A DNA stretch of 30,815 nucleotides. Source: a virus (lineage: Duplodnaviria > Caudoviricetes). The stretch is from the IMG/VR virus record IMGVR_UViG_3300027627_000017, positions 1-30,815 of that record; one strand, written 5' to 3'. Made by a program: the position numbers and the translations under genes. Position 1 is the first letter of the stretch. Each line of letters starts with the position of its first letter. Of this stretch, positions 9,568-18,633 are shown piece by piece. Under the pieces are notes generated by a model, which searched no databases, had not been told where the DNA came from, and saw only the letters and a list, made by a program, of their open reading frames with translations.

Positions 9568-10929
9568 TTAGTCCCGCTCGTACCTTACCGCCCACGCCAA
9601 ATAGCGCAAAGCGTCCAACCCGTGGTCAAACTCCTTCATCGGTTTGCCGGTAGTTTCATCGCGCCTGTACGCGACAAACTCCTTGACCAAATGCTCGCAC
9701 CGCGGATGTACTTTCAATCTGCGCACTCCATTTAAATCAGCCCCAACCATAGCGTGCAGTATCCCGATGCTTGCCTCGACATCCGCAGCGCCACGCCTAG
9801 TATAAACCCCACGCGCATTTAAACGCCCCCTCAATTCAGCGGCACTTTTGTCTACAACGCTAAATTCCGGCTCTGGGTACGGCATCTTGAATATCTTCTC
9901 AATATGCTCTTCCGGCAGCTTTTTCACCGCGTAATCTTCGTCAAAAATGTGCAATGCGCCGTCTGAACGCATCTGCGCAAGCAAAAACACGCGGGGATGG
10001 CTCCCAGCCGTGTATGTGCCAATGTCTTTGTCGTACATCCCGGCGTACCCGTCATCCACCCCCCACAACACCACGCCCCCGTCTTTCACATAATCCGCAT
10101 CTTCCGTAATGTTGCCATCCTCACTCCACGCTTCGTACACCATCCCCGTCGCCTGCGCCCACTGCCCCAACAGAAATCTCTGACGGCGCAAACCCGTTAG
10201 CTCATCCAATGTCGCAAGATAAGCCTCCCCCTCTGGCGTCCAATTCGACCCGTCATGCAACTTTGGGTTGTCTTCATGTACCGACTGGTAAAAACTCATG
10301 CGCGGCGTGTGCCCGCGGGCGTACAACCAGTGCGTCGGCGTCTCCGGGTTGCAGTCCCCCAGTATTTGCTGGAACGGCATCTTGAAGTTGCGCAAACGCG
10401 TTGTCAACTTCTCCCAGTCCTCCAAACTCAACTCGGTCGCTTCCTGCGCGAATATCAAATCGTAATCCGTACTCATGACCTTCGCCTTGTTGTCGCGCCC
10501 GCTCTGCTTCAAGCCGGCCACAATTATCTCTGACCCGTTGGGGTAAGCATATACGCTGCGCGTCTCGCGCTTTGCCCCCGCCATCATTGGAGCCCCTGGC
10601 AAAAATACGTCGCGCTCCAGCGTTACCAGCGCACTCTCATTCAAACTCTCGCGCGTCTTGCGCACAATCAATATGCGCGCTCCATTAAACCGCTGCGCGT
10701 AATAATGCAGCTTCTCAAGACACGCGCGACTCTTCCCCGTCCCCGCCGCCCCGCTGATTACCACCTCCCGCCCCTTGTCCAAAAACATCTGCAATGCTGC
10801 GCCGCGCAACTCCGGCGGCTTCGTTGCCTCCGCTTGGCGGGTTCGCGCTCGCAAGCGTATCAACGAGCGCTCTATTCCCATGTCTTGAAACCCCTGCGGT
10901 GATAAGTAATTCTTTAGCGATGTCATCAC
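9568..10929 (-). CDS. terL: Terminase large subunit
   Basis: Walker A GAAGTGKS, Walker B LIFAQEATE, coupling motif DCNP, RNase H-like nuclease motifs GVDDG and DHGLDALRY. Confidence 0.95.
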   Translation of the reverse strand: MMTSLKNYLSPQGFQDMGIERSLIRLRARTRQAEATKPPELRGAALQMFLDKGREVVISGAAGTGKSRACLEKLHYYAQRFNGARILIVRKTRESLNESALVTLERDVFLPGAPMMAGAKRETRSVYAYPNGSEIIVAGLKQSGRDNKAKVMSTDYDLIFAQEATELSLEDWEKLTTRLRNFKMPFQQILGDCNPETPTHWLYARGHTPRMSFYQSVHEDNPKLHDGSNWTPEGEAYLATLDELTGLRRQRFLLGQWAQATGMVYEAWSEDGNITEDADYVKDGGVVLWGVDDGYAGMYDKDIGTYTAGSHPRVFLLAQMRSDGALHIFDEDYAVKKLPEEHIEKIFKMPYPEPEFSVVDKSAAELRGRLNARGVYTRRGAADVEASIGILHAMVGADLNGVRRLKVHPRCEHLVKEFVAYRRDETTGKPMKEFDHGLDALRYLAWAVRYERD

Positions 10930-11341
10930 CCAGCTCCTTCTGCACTTCTTCGGCAGTTACTAAATTTTGCCGTAACATCATTACGACCTCTTCCCGCCAA
11001 GTTACAGACACCGATGTCGGAGCGTATAACCCCCACATCGCCGCCTCCCTGTCGGCCGCCCGCATAGCTACATTCAAATTCCCCTCCTCAAACGCCCGCC
11101 GCCTTACCTCGCGGAACGCCTCCGCAATCTCCCCAAACTTGTTCCCCAACTTTGCCTGCTGTACATTGCGGAATAAATCGTACGCCCGGTCTATGTAGTT
11201 CTGGGCGTGCCGCTCCTTGACAGTAAATAACTGCATTATGTTCTGCCGCAACCGCGACCCATCCCCGCCTAATAATATGAAATCGTAAACAATCGCTATC
11301 CGACGCTGCATCTCTATCCGACTTGGCCGCTTTCCACTCAT
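10715..11341 (-). CDS. terS: Terminase small subunit (probable)
   Basis: Upstream of and overlapping terL. N-terminal HTH-like segment (FTVKERHAQNYIDRA) and helical AMRAADREAAMWGLYAP segment typical of TerS. Confidence 0.7.
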   Translation of the reverse strand: MSGKRPSRIEMQRRIAIVYDFILLGGDGSRLRQNIMQLFTVKERHAQNYIDRAYDLFRNVQQAKLGNKFGEIAEAFREVRRRAFEEGNLNVAMRAADREAAMWGLYAPTSVSVTWREEVVMMLRQNLVTAEEVQKELGDDIAKELLITAGVSRHGNRALVDTLASANPPSGGNEAAGVARRSIADVFGQGAGGGNQRGGGDGEESRVS

Positions 11342-11366
11342 ATCCCCCCCTTTTTATCCTAAAATC

Positions 11367-11375
11367 ATTTTAGCA
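11367..11375 (-). promoter_or_regulatory. Candidate extended -10 promoter for the terS operon
   Basis: Minus strand reads TGCTAAAAT (TGn + TAAAAT) about 26 nt upstream of the terS ATG. Confidence 0.4.
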
Positions 11376-11544
11376 CAACCCGCACATTTTATGCGCATTC
11401 CCGCAACGCAATCTCTGACGTAGGTATTCGAGAATAACAGTGAATGGGGTACTCCTACATTTTCGACGATGTGCGTGATTCGATTCCGCTGCCGCTCGCT
11501 CGATTCCGAATTTTTTTTCAAAAAGTGATAGCGCGGCCGCCTGC

Positions 11545-11690
11545 GCTCAGGACGCCCACGCCCACCAGGAACCCACCTGCACCCACCTGCGGCCATCACC
11601 TGCGACCGGCACCACACCGCTCCGCACCGCACCGCACCGCGCCACACCACACCACGCCACACCGCTCCACGCCACACCGTTCCACGCCAC
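11545..11690. repeat. C-rich simple repeats (CACCG/CACAC/CGCCA units)
   Basis: For example caccgcaccgcaccgc gccacaccacaccacgccacaccgctccacgccacaccgttccacgccac; strongly strand-biased. Confidence 0.85.
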
Positions 11691-11694
11691 GTTT

Positions 11695-12160
11695 CATATT
11701 TGCGTGCACATTTCTGTGCATGTTTTTGTATACATTTATATGCACATTTCTATGCATGTTTTTACATACATTTTATGAACATATTTCTACACACAATTAC
11801 ACACACATTTGTTTACAAATATGTACACACAATTACTAGGATTATGTACACACATTTGTGTGCAGATTTGTGTGTAGATTTGCGTGCAGATTTATATGCA
11901 CATATCTACAAGAATTTGTATGCACATTTACACACACATTTTGTGTACATATATTTGTACATATTTGCACACACATTTCTACACACATTTCTACACACAT
12001 TTATATGTACATTTCTACACACAATTACACACACATTTGTTTACAAATATGTACACACAATTACTAGGATTATGTACACACATTTGCACACACATTTGCA
12101 CACACATTTGTACACACATTTACATGTAGATTTATGTAGATGTTTTACACACATATTTGT
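11695..12160. repeat. Degenerate ~12-bp ACACACATTT repeats containing an exact 76-bp direct repeat (11783-11858 and 12011-12086)
   Basis: Read directly: atttctacacacaattacacacacatttgtttacaaatatgtacacacaattactaggattatgtacacacatttg occurs twice, with starts 228 bp apart. Confidence 0.9.
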
Positions 12161-12204
12161 GTAGTTATTTTGATGCACCACTCAGATATACCCACCAGAA
12201 TTTA

Positions 12205-12340
12205 CTAGGGCTTTTTCTAGGACTTTTTTCTAGGCTTTTTTCTAGGTTTTTTTCTAGGCTTTTTTCTAGACTTTTTTGGGGACTTTTTTCTAGGCTTTTT
12301 TGGGGACTTTTTCCTAGGCTTTTTTGGGGGTATTTTCTAC
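12205..12340. repeat. ~12-bp tandem repeats, (C/T)TTTTTTCTAGG-like, about 10-11 copies
   Basis: ctttttctagga ctttttt ctaggc ttttttctagg... with ttttttgggga variants; phased T-tracts. Confidence 0.9.
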
Positions 12341-12359
12341 ATTACCCAGAAATGCACCA

Positions 12360-12617
12360 AAAACGACCGTGCAAAATACCGTATGAAATAACCGTGTGTA
12401 ATAACCGTGTAATTAGGGGTATACGCCGTAATGAGTACCGTACAAAAACGGTAACAATAGGGCCGTAGACCCCGCAGAGATGTACCAGAGATAAACCGCA
12501 GGAAAAGGGGTCAAATACCCGCCGTAGGAGGTCAAATACCCGCCGTAGGAGAAATTCCACTAATTACAAAAAAACGAGATTTATGTAATTAGTGGAATAC
12601 CCCTATTTTATAGGGGT
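12360..12617. repeat. Spaced ACCGT repeats, a 21-bp tandem duplication and two inverted repeats
   Basis: ACCGT recurs in 12366-12441. GGTCAAATACCCGCCGTAGGA occurs twice in tandem (12509-12550). A 15-bp inverted repeat ATTCCACTAATTACA/TGTAATTAGTGGAAT sits at 12554-12568/12584-12598, and ACCCCTAT/ATAGGGGT at 12599-12617. Confidence 0.8.
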
Positions 12618-12698
12618 CTAGGAAGGGGTCAAAAAAGGCAGAGTGAGCTATTTCACAACCGTAGAAAATTTAAGGAGCAGCTCCTTATGAATATGTAC

Positions 12699-12750
12699 AC
12701 TTATGCATAGTGTGTGGTATAATTAGGGAATAGGCAGGAACATACTTGCC
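12699..12750 (+). promoter_or_regulatory. Cassette-type promoter plus 5' stem-loop upstream of the amidoligase operon
   Basis: ACTTATGCATAGTGTGTGGTATAATTAGGG matches the eight array promoters (ACTTATGCATAGT-N6-TATAATTAGGG). It has an extended -10 TGgTATAAT and is followed by a GGCAG...TTGCC hairpin and a GGAGG RBS at 12767-12771. Confidence 0.85.
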
Positions 12751-12779
12751 GCACAATTGTTTACTTGGAGGTAAATATC

Positions 12780-13850
12780 ATGCCAACCAGACTTGTTGAT
12801 TTGGATTTTGACAATGTAGATGTTAGCTCAAGCAACCGTAGCGCCTTGACAAAAATGGCTTGGGCTAACGCAAAGCTAGAAGCGTTTGCCGTAGATGTAA
12901 ACGCAATTACTTTCGGTGTGGAGCTTGAGTGCTTTATGCCCGCAGCAGAAATGGTCAATATGAATTGCCAGCGTGGCGGTTACCACAGTGGCATTGCCGT
13001 AGGCGCAATTCTTGACCCCGCTGGTTTGGGTTGGAAGTGCGAATCGGACGGCAGCTTGGACAGTATGCGCTACGACGCTGCGGGCAATGAATTGCTTGGC
13101 TGCGAATTTGTTAGCCCGACCTTTACTGGCATGACAGGGTTCTTGGAAGTGGAACGCTTTGTCAAACTAATTGAACGCCGTGGCGCTACGGTTACACGCC
13201 GCTGCGGTATTCATGTAAACATTGGCTTGTCATCAATCACCAATGTCCGCGTAGCTACAGGCCGTGTGCGCAACTTCCTACGGCGCTTGCTGCATTTTGT
13301 TTCTATTCACGAAAACGGAATGATGCAAATTGGCGGCCGCCGTAGCAGGGTCAATAACACTTATTGCCGTACTGTCAAGGACTGGCAGGAAAACATATCC
13401 AAAGATATGCTGGTGACGGATTTTTGGAATGTCATATCCCGCCACGGCAGATATGTTACTTGCAACTTAACGCAAGTGCAAAACAGCACCGATTCACGGA
13501 TTGAGTTTCGGGTGTTTGGCGGAACCGTCAACTCTCTGAAAATCTTAGGTTACATTGCCGTAGCAATGGCTTTGGTTCACAAAGCTGCGGTAGCTCCGGT
13601 TGCCCCCAAGCGCCGTAACACAAATTTCCGATTGCCCGAACTGCTGGCTGACACCAAAGCAGCGCTGCGGTTGCATGTGGGTTTGTGGACGCGCCACGCG
13701 GAAATCAAATACGGATTGCCCGCAGGGGTGTGGGAGAAATGGGGCAAGCGCATTCTCAAGAACCAGCGCTGGAACGCGAAACAATTCATCAACGGTAATG
13801 TTACGGACGATGTACCGGTTGATGACAATCCTGTTTCCCGCGCCCACTAA
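12780..13850 (+). CDS. Putative amidoligase (COOH-NH2 ligase, Amidoligase_2 type)
   Basis: Motifs TFGVELE, ESDGSL, EFVSP, CGIHVNIG, RYVTCNL and IEFRVFGGT. Start moved to the ATG at 12780 because of the upstream GGAGG. Confidence 0.88.
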   Translation: MPTRLVDLDFDNVDVSSSNRSALTKMAWANAKLEAFAVDVNAITFGVELECFMPAAEMVNMNCQRGGYHSGIAVGAILDPAGLGWKCESDGSLDSMRYDAAGNELLGCEFVSPTFTGMTGFLEVERFVKLIERRGATVTRRCGIHVNIGLSSITNVRVATGRVRNFLRRLLHFVSIHENGMMQIGGRRSRVNNTYCRTVKDWQENISKDMLVTDFWNVISRHGRYVTCNLTQVQNSTDSRIEFRVFGGTVNSLKILGYIAVAMALVHKAAVAPVAPKRRNTNFRLPELLADTKAALRLHVGLWTRHAEIKYGLPAGVWEKWGKRILKNQRWNAKQFINGNVTDDVPVDDNPVSRAH

Positions 13851-13859
13851 CAAAACAAA

Positions 13860-13880
13860 GGGGCGGTGCAATACCGCCCC
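13860..13880 (+). other. Intergenic GC-rich stem-loop
   Basis: GGGGCGGT-GCAAT-ACCGCCCC between the amidoligase stop and the next RBS. There is no U-tract on the + strand. Confidence 0.6.
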
Positions 13881-13904
13881 ACTACAATAACAAGGAGAAC
13901 TGTA

Positions 13905-14591
13905 ATGAGTACTAAAACAATTGTCGCGCTTACGGAAGGAAGTTGCCACCGTGAAATCAAACGCATTTTGGAATCCAACGGCGCAAGCGTAATGATGCTG
14001 CGCAATCGCGGTGACTTGCACCGCATCCGTAATGCCACTCACTTGCTGCTGCCCGGTGGTACTGACATTCACCCCGCACTCTACGGTCAAACTGTAAGCT
14101 GGGCAAGGGGATTTGATGCACCGCGAGACTGGCTGGAGTTTCAGCTGGCGCGACACGCTTTGCTGCGGGGTATGCCAACCCTAGGAATTTGTCGCGGTTG
14201 CCAAATGCTTGCGGTAGCTGCTGGCGGTGTACTGTGGCAGGACTTTGCCACCCAAAAGGAAATGCCTGTCCACGCTTCTAATCACGAAATCAGAACTACC
14301 CGCAATAGCTTGATGCGCAAGCTTGTGGGCGCACGGATAACCGTAAACTCATACCACCACCAGTCTGTGGCCACACCGCCCAAAGGCTGGAAGGCAACTG
14401 CATTTAGCCCCGACAATATTGTGGAAGCAATCGAGCACACTAGATTCCCAATGCTTGGAGTGCAATTCCATCCCGAAATGATGCTGGACACCAATAACCC
14501 CGCAGGGGAAATGCTTATCCTGAACTGGCTTGACGGGGAAATCCCGAAACTCTCCAGCACCGTGGCTAGGAATTTGCCACTATTCGCTTAG
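13905..14591 (+). CDS. Class I glutamine amidotransferase / peptidase C26 (gamma-glutamyl-GABA hydrolase family)
   Basis: LLLPGGTDIHP, nucleophile elbow LGICRGCQML, VNSYHHQSV and GVQFHPE. AAGGAG RBS precedes the ATG at 13905. Confidence 0.92.
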   Translation: MSTKTIVALTEGSCHREIKRILESNGASVMMLRNRGDLHRIRNATHLLLPGGTDIHPALYGQTVSWARGFDAPRDWLEFQLARHALLRGMPTLGICRGCQMLAVAAGGVLWQDFATQKEMPVHASNHEIRTTRNSLMRKLVGARITVNSYHHQSVATPPKGWKATAFSPDNIVEAIEHTRFPMLGVQFHPEMMLDTNNPAGEMLILNWLDGEIPKLSSTVARNLPLFA

Positions 14592-14625
14592 TTGTGATAT
14601 ACTTATTGTAAGGAAGGAATACGCA

Positions 14626-15024
14626 ATGAGAACAAACGAATTACCAGTTATTACCGCAGCCTATATCGCCAAAGATGTGGGCTGCAGCGTGCAAACTGTG
14701 CGAAAACGCATGAAGGAAGCACCGACGCACATATCGCAACTGCAAATTGGGAAGTCTGCTGTGTATATGCGCAGTGACTTGGGCGCAATTCGTTCGCTGA
14801 TATGCGACAAGTCACTTGCGCGGGGTGGCTCCGATACAACCAAGGAACAGATGCGTGATAGGCATGACGAAGCCTACCGTATGCGCCACGATTCCAAGAT
14901 GACATACAAGCAAATCGCCACAACACTTGGATACGCAACCGAGAGTGGCGCGTGGCGGGCAATCATTCTGGAAAAGCAACGCCGCGAAAAACAAAAGCCG
15001 ACTTACTTCGATAAGACCGCGTAA
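14626..15024 (+). CDS. Double helix-turn-helix DNA-binding protein
   Basis: Two HTH-like segments: TAAYIAKDVGCSVQTVRKRM and MTYKQIATTLGYATESGAWRAI. AAGGAAGG RBS precedes the ATG at 14626, and a candidate extended -10 TGATATACT lies at 14595-14603. Confidence 0.75.
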   Translation: MRTNELPVITAAYIAKDVGCSVQTVRKRMKEAPTHISQLQIGKSAVYMRSDLGAIRSLICDKSLARGGSDTTKEQMRDRHDEAYRMRHDSKMTYKQIATTLGYATESGAWRAIILEKQRREKQKPTYFDKTA

Positions 15025-15065
15025 CAAAAAACCGCCAGCAAATGTACTGCTGGCGGTTTTTTGTT
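15023..15065. terminator. Bidirectional intrinsic terminator
   Basis: AACAAAAAACCGCCAGCA-aatgtac-TGCTGGCGGTTTTTTGTT between convergent genes. Confidence 0.92.
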
Positions 15066-17858
15066 TTAATCAGCGCTGCCCTTGATTTTCTTTGGGCGGC
15101 CACGCTTGCGACCCGCAGGAGTAATTGTTAGGTTCTCTTCCACATCCGGGGAGATAACCTGCTCTGGTACCTCAATTAGGTTTGGCTGCGGCCTGACTTG
15201 CATCCCGCCCGCAGGGGTGTTGGGAATATTCATTGATACATCCTGTTGTACTGCGTTCATCACTTGCTGCCGCGACACCACGCGCCAGCTCATAGTCAAC
15301 AACATGTGCGGCACATCTATTGCCTCCACTTGCGCGTAGCGCTCCAAGTCATTGTTGCCGCCAATGTAACTCTTGTTGTTCTTGCCGTGAAATGTAATCC
15401 CGCCCACTTGCGGTCCAATAAATTCCATACGGGTAACTGAATCAGGTGCTTCAAGTATGTCCATCTGTATTTCCCCCAATCTCTTCTTGGCTTCGATAAT
15501 TCCGCTGCCATTACCACCGCAACAACTGCCCATTATTTTTTCTCCCGTAAGATAATCCCTGAATTTGTCATTGATGTACCGTAATAGTTTACCCGAATTC
15601 TTCAGGGCTATTTCCCTGCGGCTTCCGGTATTTGCCCTATAAACGAACAGCGGTTGATTGACCCGGTATCCACAATAACCGGCAATCGCCATTTTAGTAA
15701 AGAACTCTCCTTCTTCCCACCCAATCATCTGCTCGTCAAACCCGCCAACCGACAACGCCTTCTCCGTTTCCACTAATGCCGTTACGGAATGCAGGCCATC
15801 ATCAAGCCACACCTTTTGGGTGTATTCACCAGATTCGTGGAACTGACGCCCCGCCTCAGATTCCGTAAACCAGTTACCGTACACATAATTACCGGTATCT
15901 ACATACGCCTGCAACATCACCCGCAGGGTGTACGGTAAAAGGTAATCATCTGCATCTAGGAACAGGGACAGGTTTGCCTTTGACGCACGCAACCCGGCGT
16001 TCCTAGCTCCTCCTGCTCCAATACCCCCAGATTTGACAACCTTCACAAACGGGTACGGCCGCAACAAATTATAGGGCATACCGTGAACTGTGTCGTCTAC
16101 CAGAACAATTTCCCAATCCCTGTATGTCTGCGCCAGCACACTTTCAACAGCACTGCCAATGTATTCGTAATGCCCTTCCCCTACGGGAATGATTACAGTA
16201 ACAGTCGGTTCTGTGTAAGACTTTACACTATAGATATGCTTCTCTGTGGGTGCCCCGAACGGGAACTGCCTGCTTCTCATCCACGGCAACCACCCGTCAA
16301 TCGCCTGGTATTTGAGCGTTCTGCTGGCCGAGTTTTCGTGGGCGTGATAGTGAAAAAGCGAGTCAGGCGTTACGCGCACAGCTGTGAAACCAACACTCAA
16401 TCCACGCGTCCAAAACTCCGCATCTTCTCCGGGCGCGTACGCCTGCCTATGTGCGCCGGCCCGCTCCCACATTGAGCGCCGGAACATTGCTGCGGACGGA
16501 ACGCAATTAGCAGGCGGGTTGCTTGGATTGCTCTGTATACTGTCCCAGTGGAATTCCGGCGGCCACTCAGTCTTGCCGACATCTCCATTGGCAAATGTAA
16601 TGTCCAGACCCGTGTAAGCAATCCCGACACCCCTGTTCTCAAACGCCTTTAGAAGAACCCGCGCATACTCAGGCGCAATCGTGTCATCTGCGTCAAGGCA
16701 AATAATCATCTCGGAACTTGCATGAGTTATGCCGCGCGTGCGGGCAGAAGCAACACCCTCATTCCTTTGCTCTATTATCGTAACCACATTGCTGTAACGC
16801 CCAATGTTTACCGCAGAGTCATCTGTGGAACCGTCATTCACCACAATAATCTCCGCTGCGGCCACCGTTTGATTTAGCACGCTTTCAATAGCCCGACCTA
16901 CCACATCACCGTAGTTGTAACAGGTAATGACTACCGTGTACTGTCCTTCGCCTGGGACAGCCCGAGCAACATACTCGTACAATGACCGGTATTCCCGCAT
17001 TGCATTGCGCCACACCCAGCTCACACTGCTCTCCCTGCAAGTAACTGCTAAATCTTCCCCACCCGCATAAGCCCACTCTACCCCGAGCATCAACCCGTTT
17101 ATGTCACCCGGCTTTACCAGCCACCCGTTGACGCCGTGTTGCACAATATCGGAAGTGCCGCCGTAGTCATACCCGACAACCGGAACACCGCAGGCCAGCG
17201 CTTCAACTGTCCCAATGCCAAATGTTTCCTTAGTGGTTGCCAGATACGCACTTGCCCCCCGTACTAATCCCTGCATTTCGTGGTGCGTTTGCTTTCCAAC
17301 CACATGCAGGTTAGACAATATCTCCGCACCGTCAGGTGCGAAGGTTGTGTACATATTTATCCCTCTCTGGGCTAACTCCCACGCTGGCATCGGGTCGCAT
17401 ACATCTGCCGACCGGTTCTTGTTCCAGAGTGTGTACTGATGCCCCTTAGCGCCTTCCTGCGGCTGCCATTGGTCAAATTCAATGCCGTGCCCTATTACCA
17501 CAGGGGACAGCCGCATATCGCGCTGAAACACGCCCGCAACCCATCTAGAAGGAACTGTTATTGCCCTAGCCGCCCTAGCCGCACCAGCCATAATTTTATT
17601 TATAGAATGATGCCAATTGTGATATACGCCAGAACCAATATCGCCCGTCCAGTAAATGCCGTGGCAATGCAGGACATCTATCCGTGGCAGGTCAAACTGC
17701 TGCGTATGAAGCGCGATTACATCCGCCCGGCGATGCTCGTCTACGAGCTCAACATCTTGAGCTGGAAGATACTTGTACTGCGCGTGAACTACCCGGCCAA
17801 TCCCGCTATTTTCATCTACCCGGTCTGGGGTAGGGTAGATGTAGACCTTAATAGTCAC
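15066..17858 (-). CDS. Multidomain glycosyltransferase: GT4 (GT-B) + two GT2 (GT-A) domains + C-terminal CCGG domain
   Basis: GT4 signature ETFGIGTVEALACGVPVV. GT2 signatures VVITCYN...VNDGSTD...CLDADD and VIIPVG...VDD...FLDADD. Confidence 0.92.
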   Translation of the reverse strand: MTIKVYIYPTPDRVDENSGIGRVVHAQYKYLPAQDVELVDEHRRADVIALHTQQFDLPRIDVLHCHGIYWTGDIGSGVYHNWHHSINKIMAGAARAARAITVPSRWVAGVFQRDMRLSPVVIGHGIEFDQWQPQEGAKGHQYTLWNKNRSADVCDPMPAWELAQRGINMYTTFAPDGAEILSNLHVVGKQTHHEMQGLVRGASAYLATTKETFGIGTVEALACGVPVVGYDYGGTSDIVQHGVNGWLVKPGDINGLMLGVEWAYAGGEDLAVTCRESSVSWVWRNAMREYRSLYEYVARAVPGEGQYTVVITCYNYGDVVGRAIESVLNQTVAAAEIIVVNDGSTDDSAVNIGRYSNVVTIIEQRNEGVASARTRGITHASSEMIICLDADDTIAPEYARVLLKAFENRGVGIAYTGLDITFANGDVGKTEWPPEFHWDSIQSNPSNPPANCVPSAAMFRRSMWERAGAHRQAYAPGEDAEFWTRGLSVGFTAVRVTPDSLFHYHAHENSASRTLKYQAIDGWLPWMRSRQFPFGAPTEKHIYSVKSYTEPTVTVIIPVGEGHYEYIGSAVESVLAQTYRDWEIVLVDDTVHGMPYNLLRPYPFVKVVKSGGIGAGGARNAGLRASKANLSLFLDADDYLLPYTLRVMLQAYVDTGNYVYGNWFTESEAGRQFHESGEYTQKVWLDDGLHSVTALVETEKALSVGGFDEQMIGWEEGEFFTKMAIAGYCGYRVNQPLFVYRANTGSRREIALKNSGKLLRYINDKFRDYLTGEKIMGSCCGGNGSGIIEAKKRLGEIQMDILEAPDSVTRMEFIGPQVGGITFHGKNNKSYIGGNNDLERYAQVEAIDVPHMLLTMSWRVVSRQQVMNAVQQDVSMNIPNTPAGGMQVRPQPNLIEVPEQVISPDVEENLTITPAGRKRGRPKKIKGSAD

Positions 17859-18633
17859 GGGGGGTAAGTATTCCTAGTTTTCCCAGCGCATCTAAATCCA
17901 TCTTATTTATCTTATTGGGGTGTGGCTCCTGCCACAAGCATTCGTAATCAATAACACCGTTGCGGATTGCAACCGTATGCCTTATCGGGAACTGTCGTGT
18001 CCCTAGGATTTTCTTGTAAGTGTCAAGCGCATAATTTTTCCAACGGGTAGACCCTTCCAGCTCAAACTGCCACGGCGTCTCGTCGTCAATTAGTATGTCT
18101 AAAAATGACTGCTTGTCCCAGATTGCGGCCAGAAGCGATGTATTGTAAGCGGAATTCGGGTCGCTGATAATCAGGTCGAACTGCTCATACGCCACATAAT
18201 CCCGCATATCGCCAGCGTACAACCGGTCTGTGGTCAGGTCAATTTTTGCAACATCGGAATGCTGCGCCATATATGCACCCAACTGCCTTATTCCCAGCTC
18301 ATCCACTTTCCGGAGAATAAAGTAATCCTCCAGCATAAGGATAAAGCGTTGCTCTAAGAACCCAGCGTTCCCAATCAGGTTGCGAACTGCGTTGCTCCAC
18401 TTGTTTATCGGGTAATCCTCAAACGCCCCCAGTGAAACGAATTGCCAGTCTGCGGGGATTTCAAATTTCGGCTGACTAAAGCCCGCAACATAACCGCGCA
18501 TCCACGGCGCGTACTTTTGCTGCATGTAAAAAAAAGGTCGCAAACACCACAATGTAGGGTCTGCGACCAGTAAAACAACCTTGACCTCCCCGCCCTCCTG
18601 AACTGAGAGCGGGGAGAACATTGACCCAGACAC
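17848..18633 (-). CDS. Probable GT-A fold glycosyltransferase-like protein (start uncertain)
   Basis: FILMLEDYF (DxD-like), AAIWDK and TPWQFELEGS motifs; overlaps the start of the large glycosyltransferase. Confidence 0.6.
   Translation of the reverse strand: MSGSMFSPLSVQEGGEVKVVLLVADPTLWCLRPFFYMQQKYAPWMRGYVAGFSQPKFEIPADWQFVSLGAFEDYPINKWSNAVRNLIGNAGFLEQRFILMLEDYFILRKVDELGIRQLGAYMAQHSDVAKIDLTTDRLYAGDMRDYVAYEQFDLIISDPNSAYNTSLLAAIWDKQSFLDILIDDETPWQFELEGSTRWKNYALDTYKKILGTRQFPIRHTVAIRNGVIDYECLWQEPHPNKINKMDLDALGKLGILTPRDY
18586..18616 (-). other. 12-bp stem-loop just after the capsid stop codon (attenuator/terminator-like)
   Basis: Minus strand CTCCCCGCTCTC-AGTTCAG-GAGGGCGGGGAG (one G-U pair); the following U-tract is weak. 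Confidence 0.6.

Noticed and set aside
11528-11550. GC-rich GCGCGGCCGC as a cos site
   Set aside because: Nothing beyond its position supports it; terminus data would be needed.
11354-12560. Several His/Thr/Cys- or Phe/Leu-rich ORFs
   Set aside because: They are translations of simple repeats, open in several frames, with no RBS.
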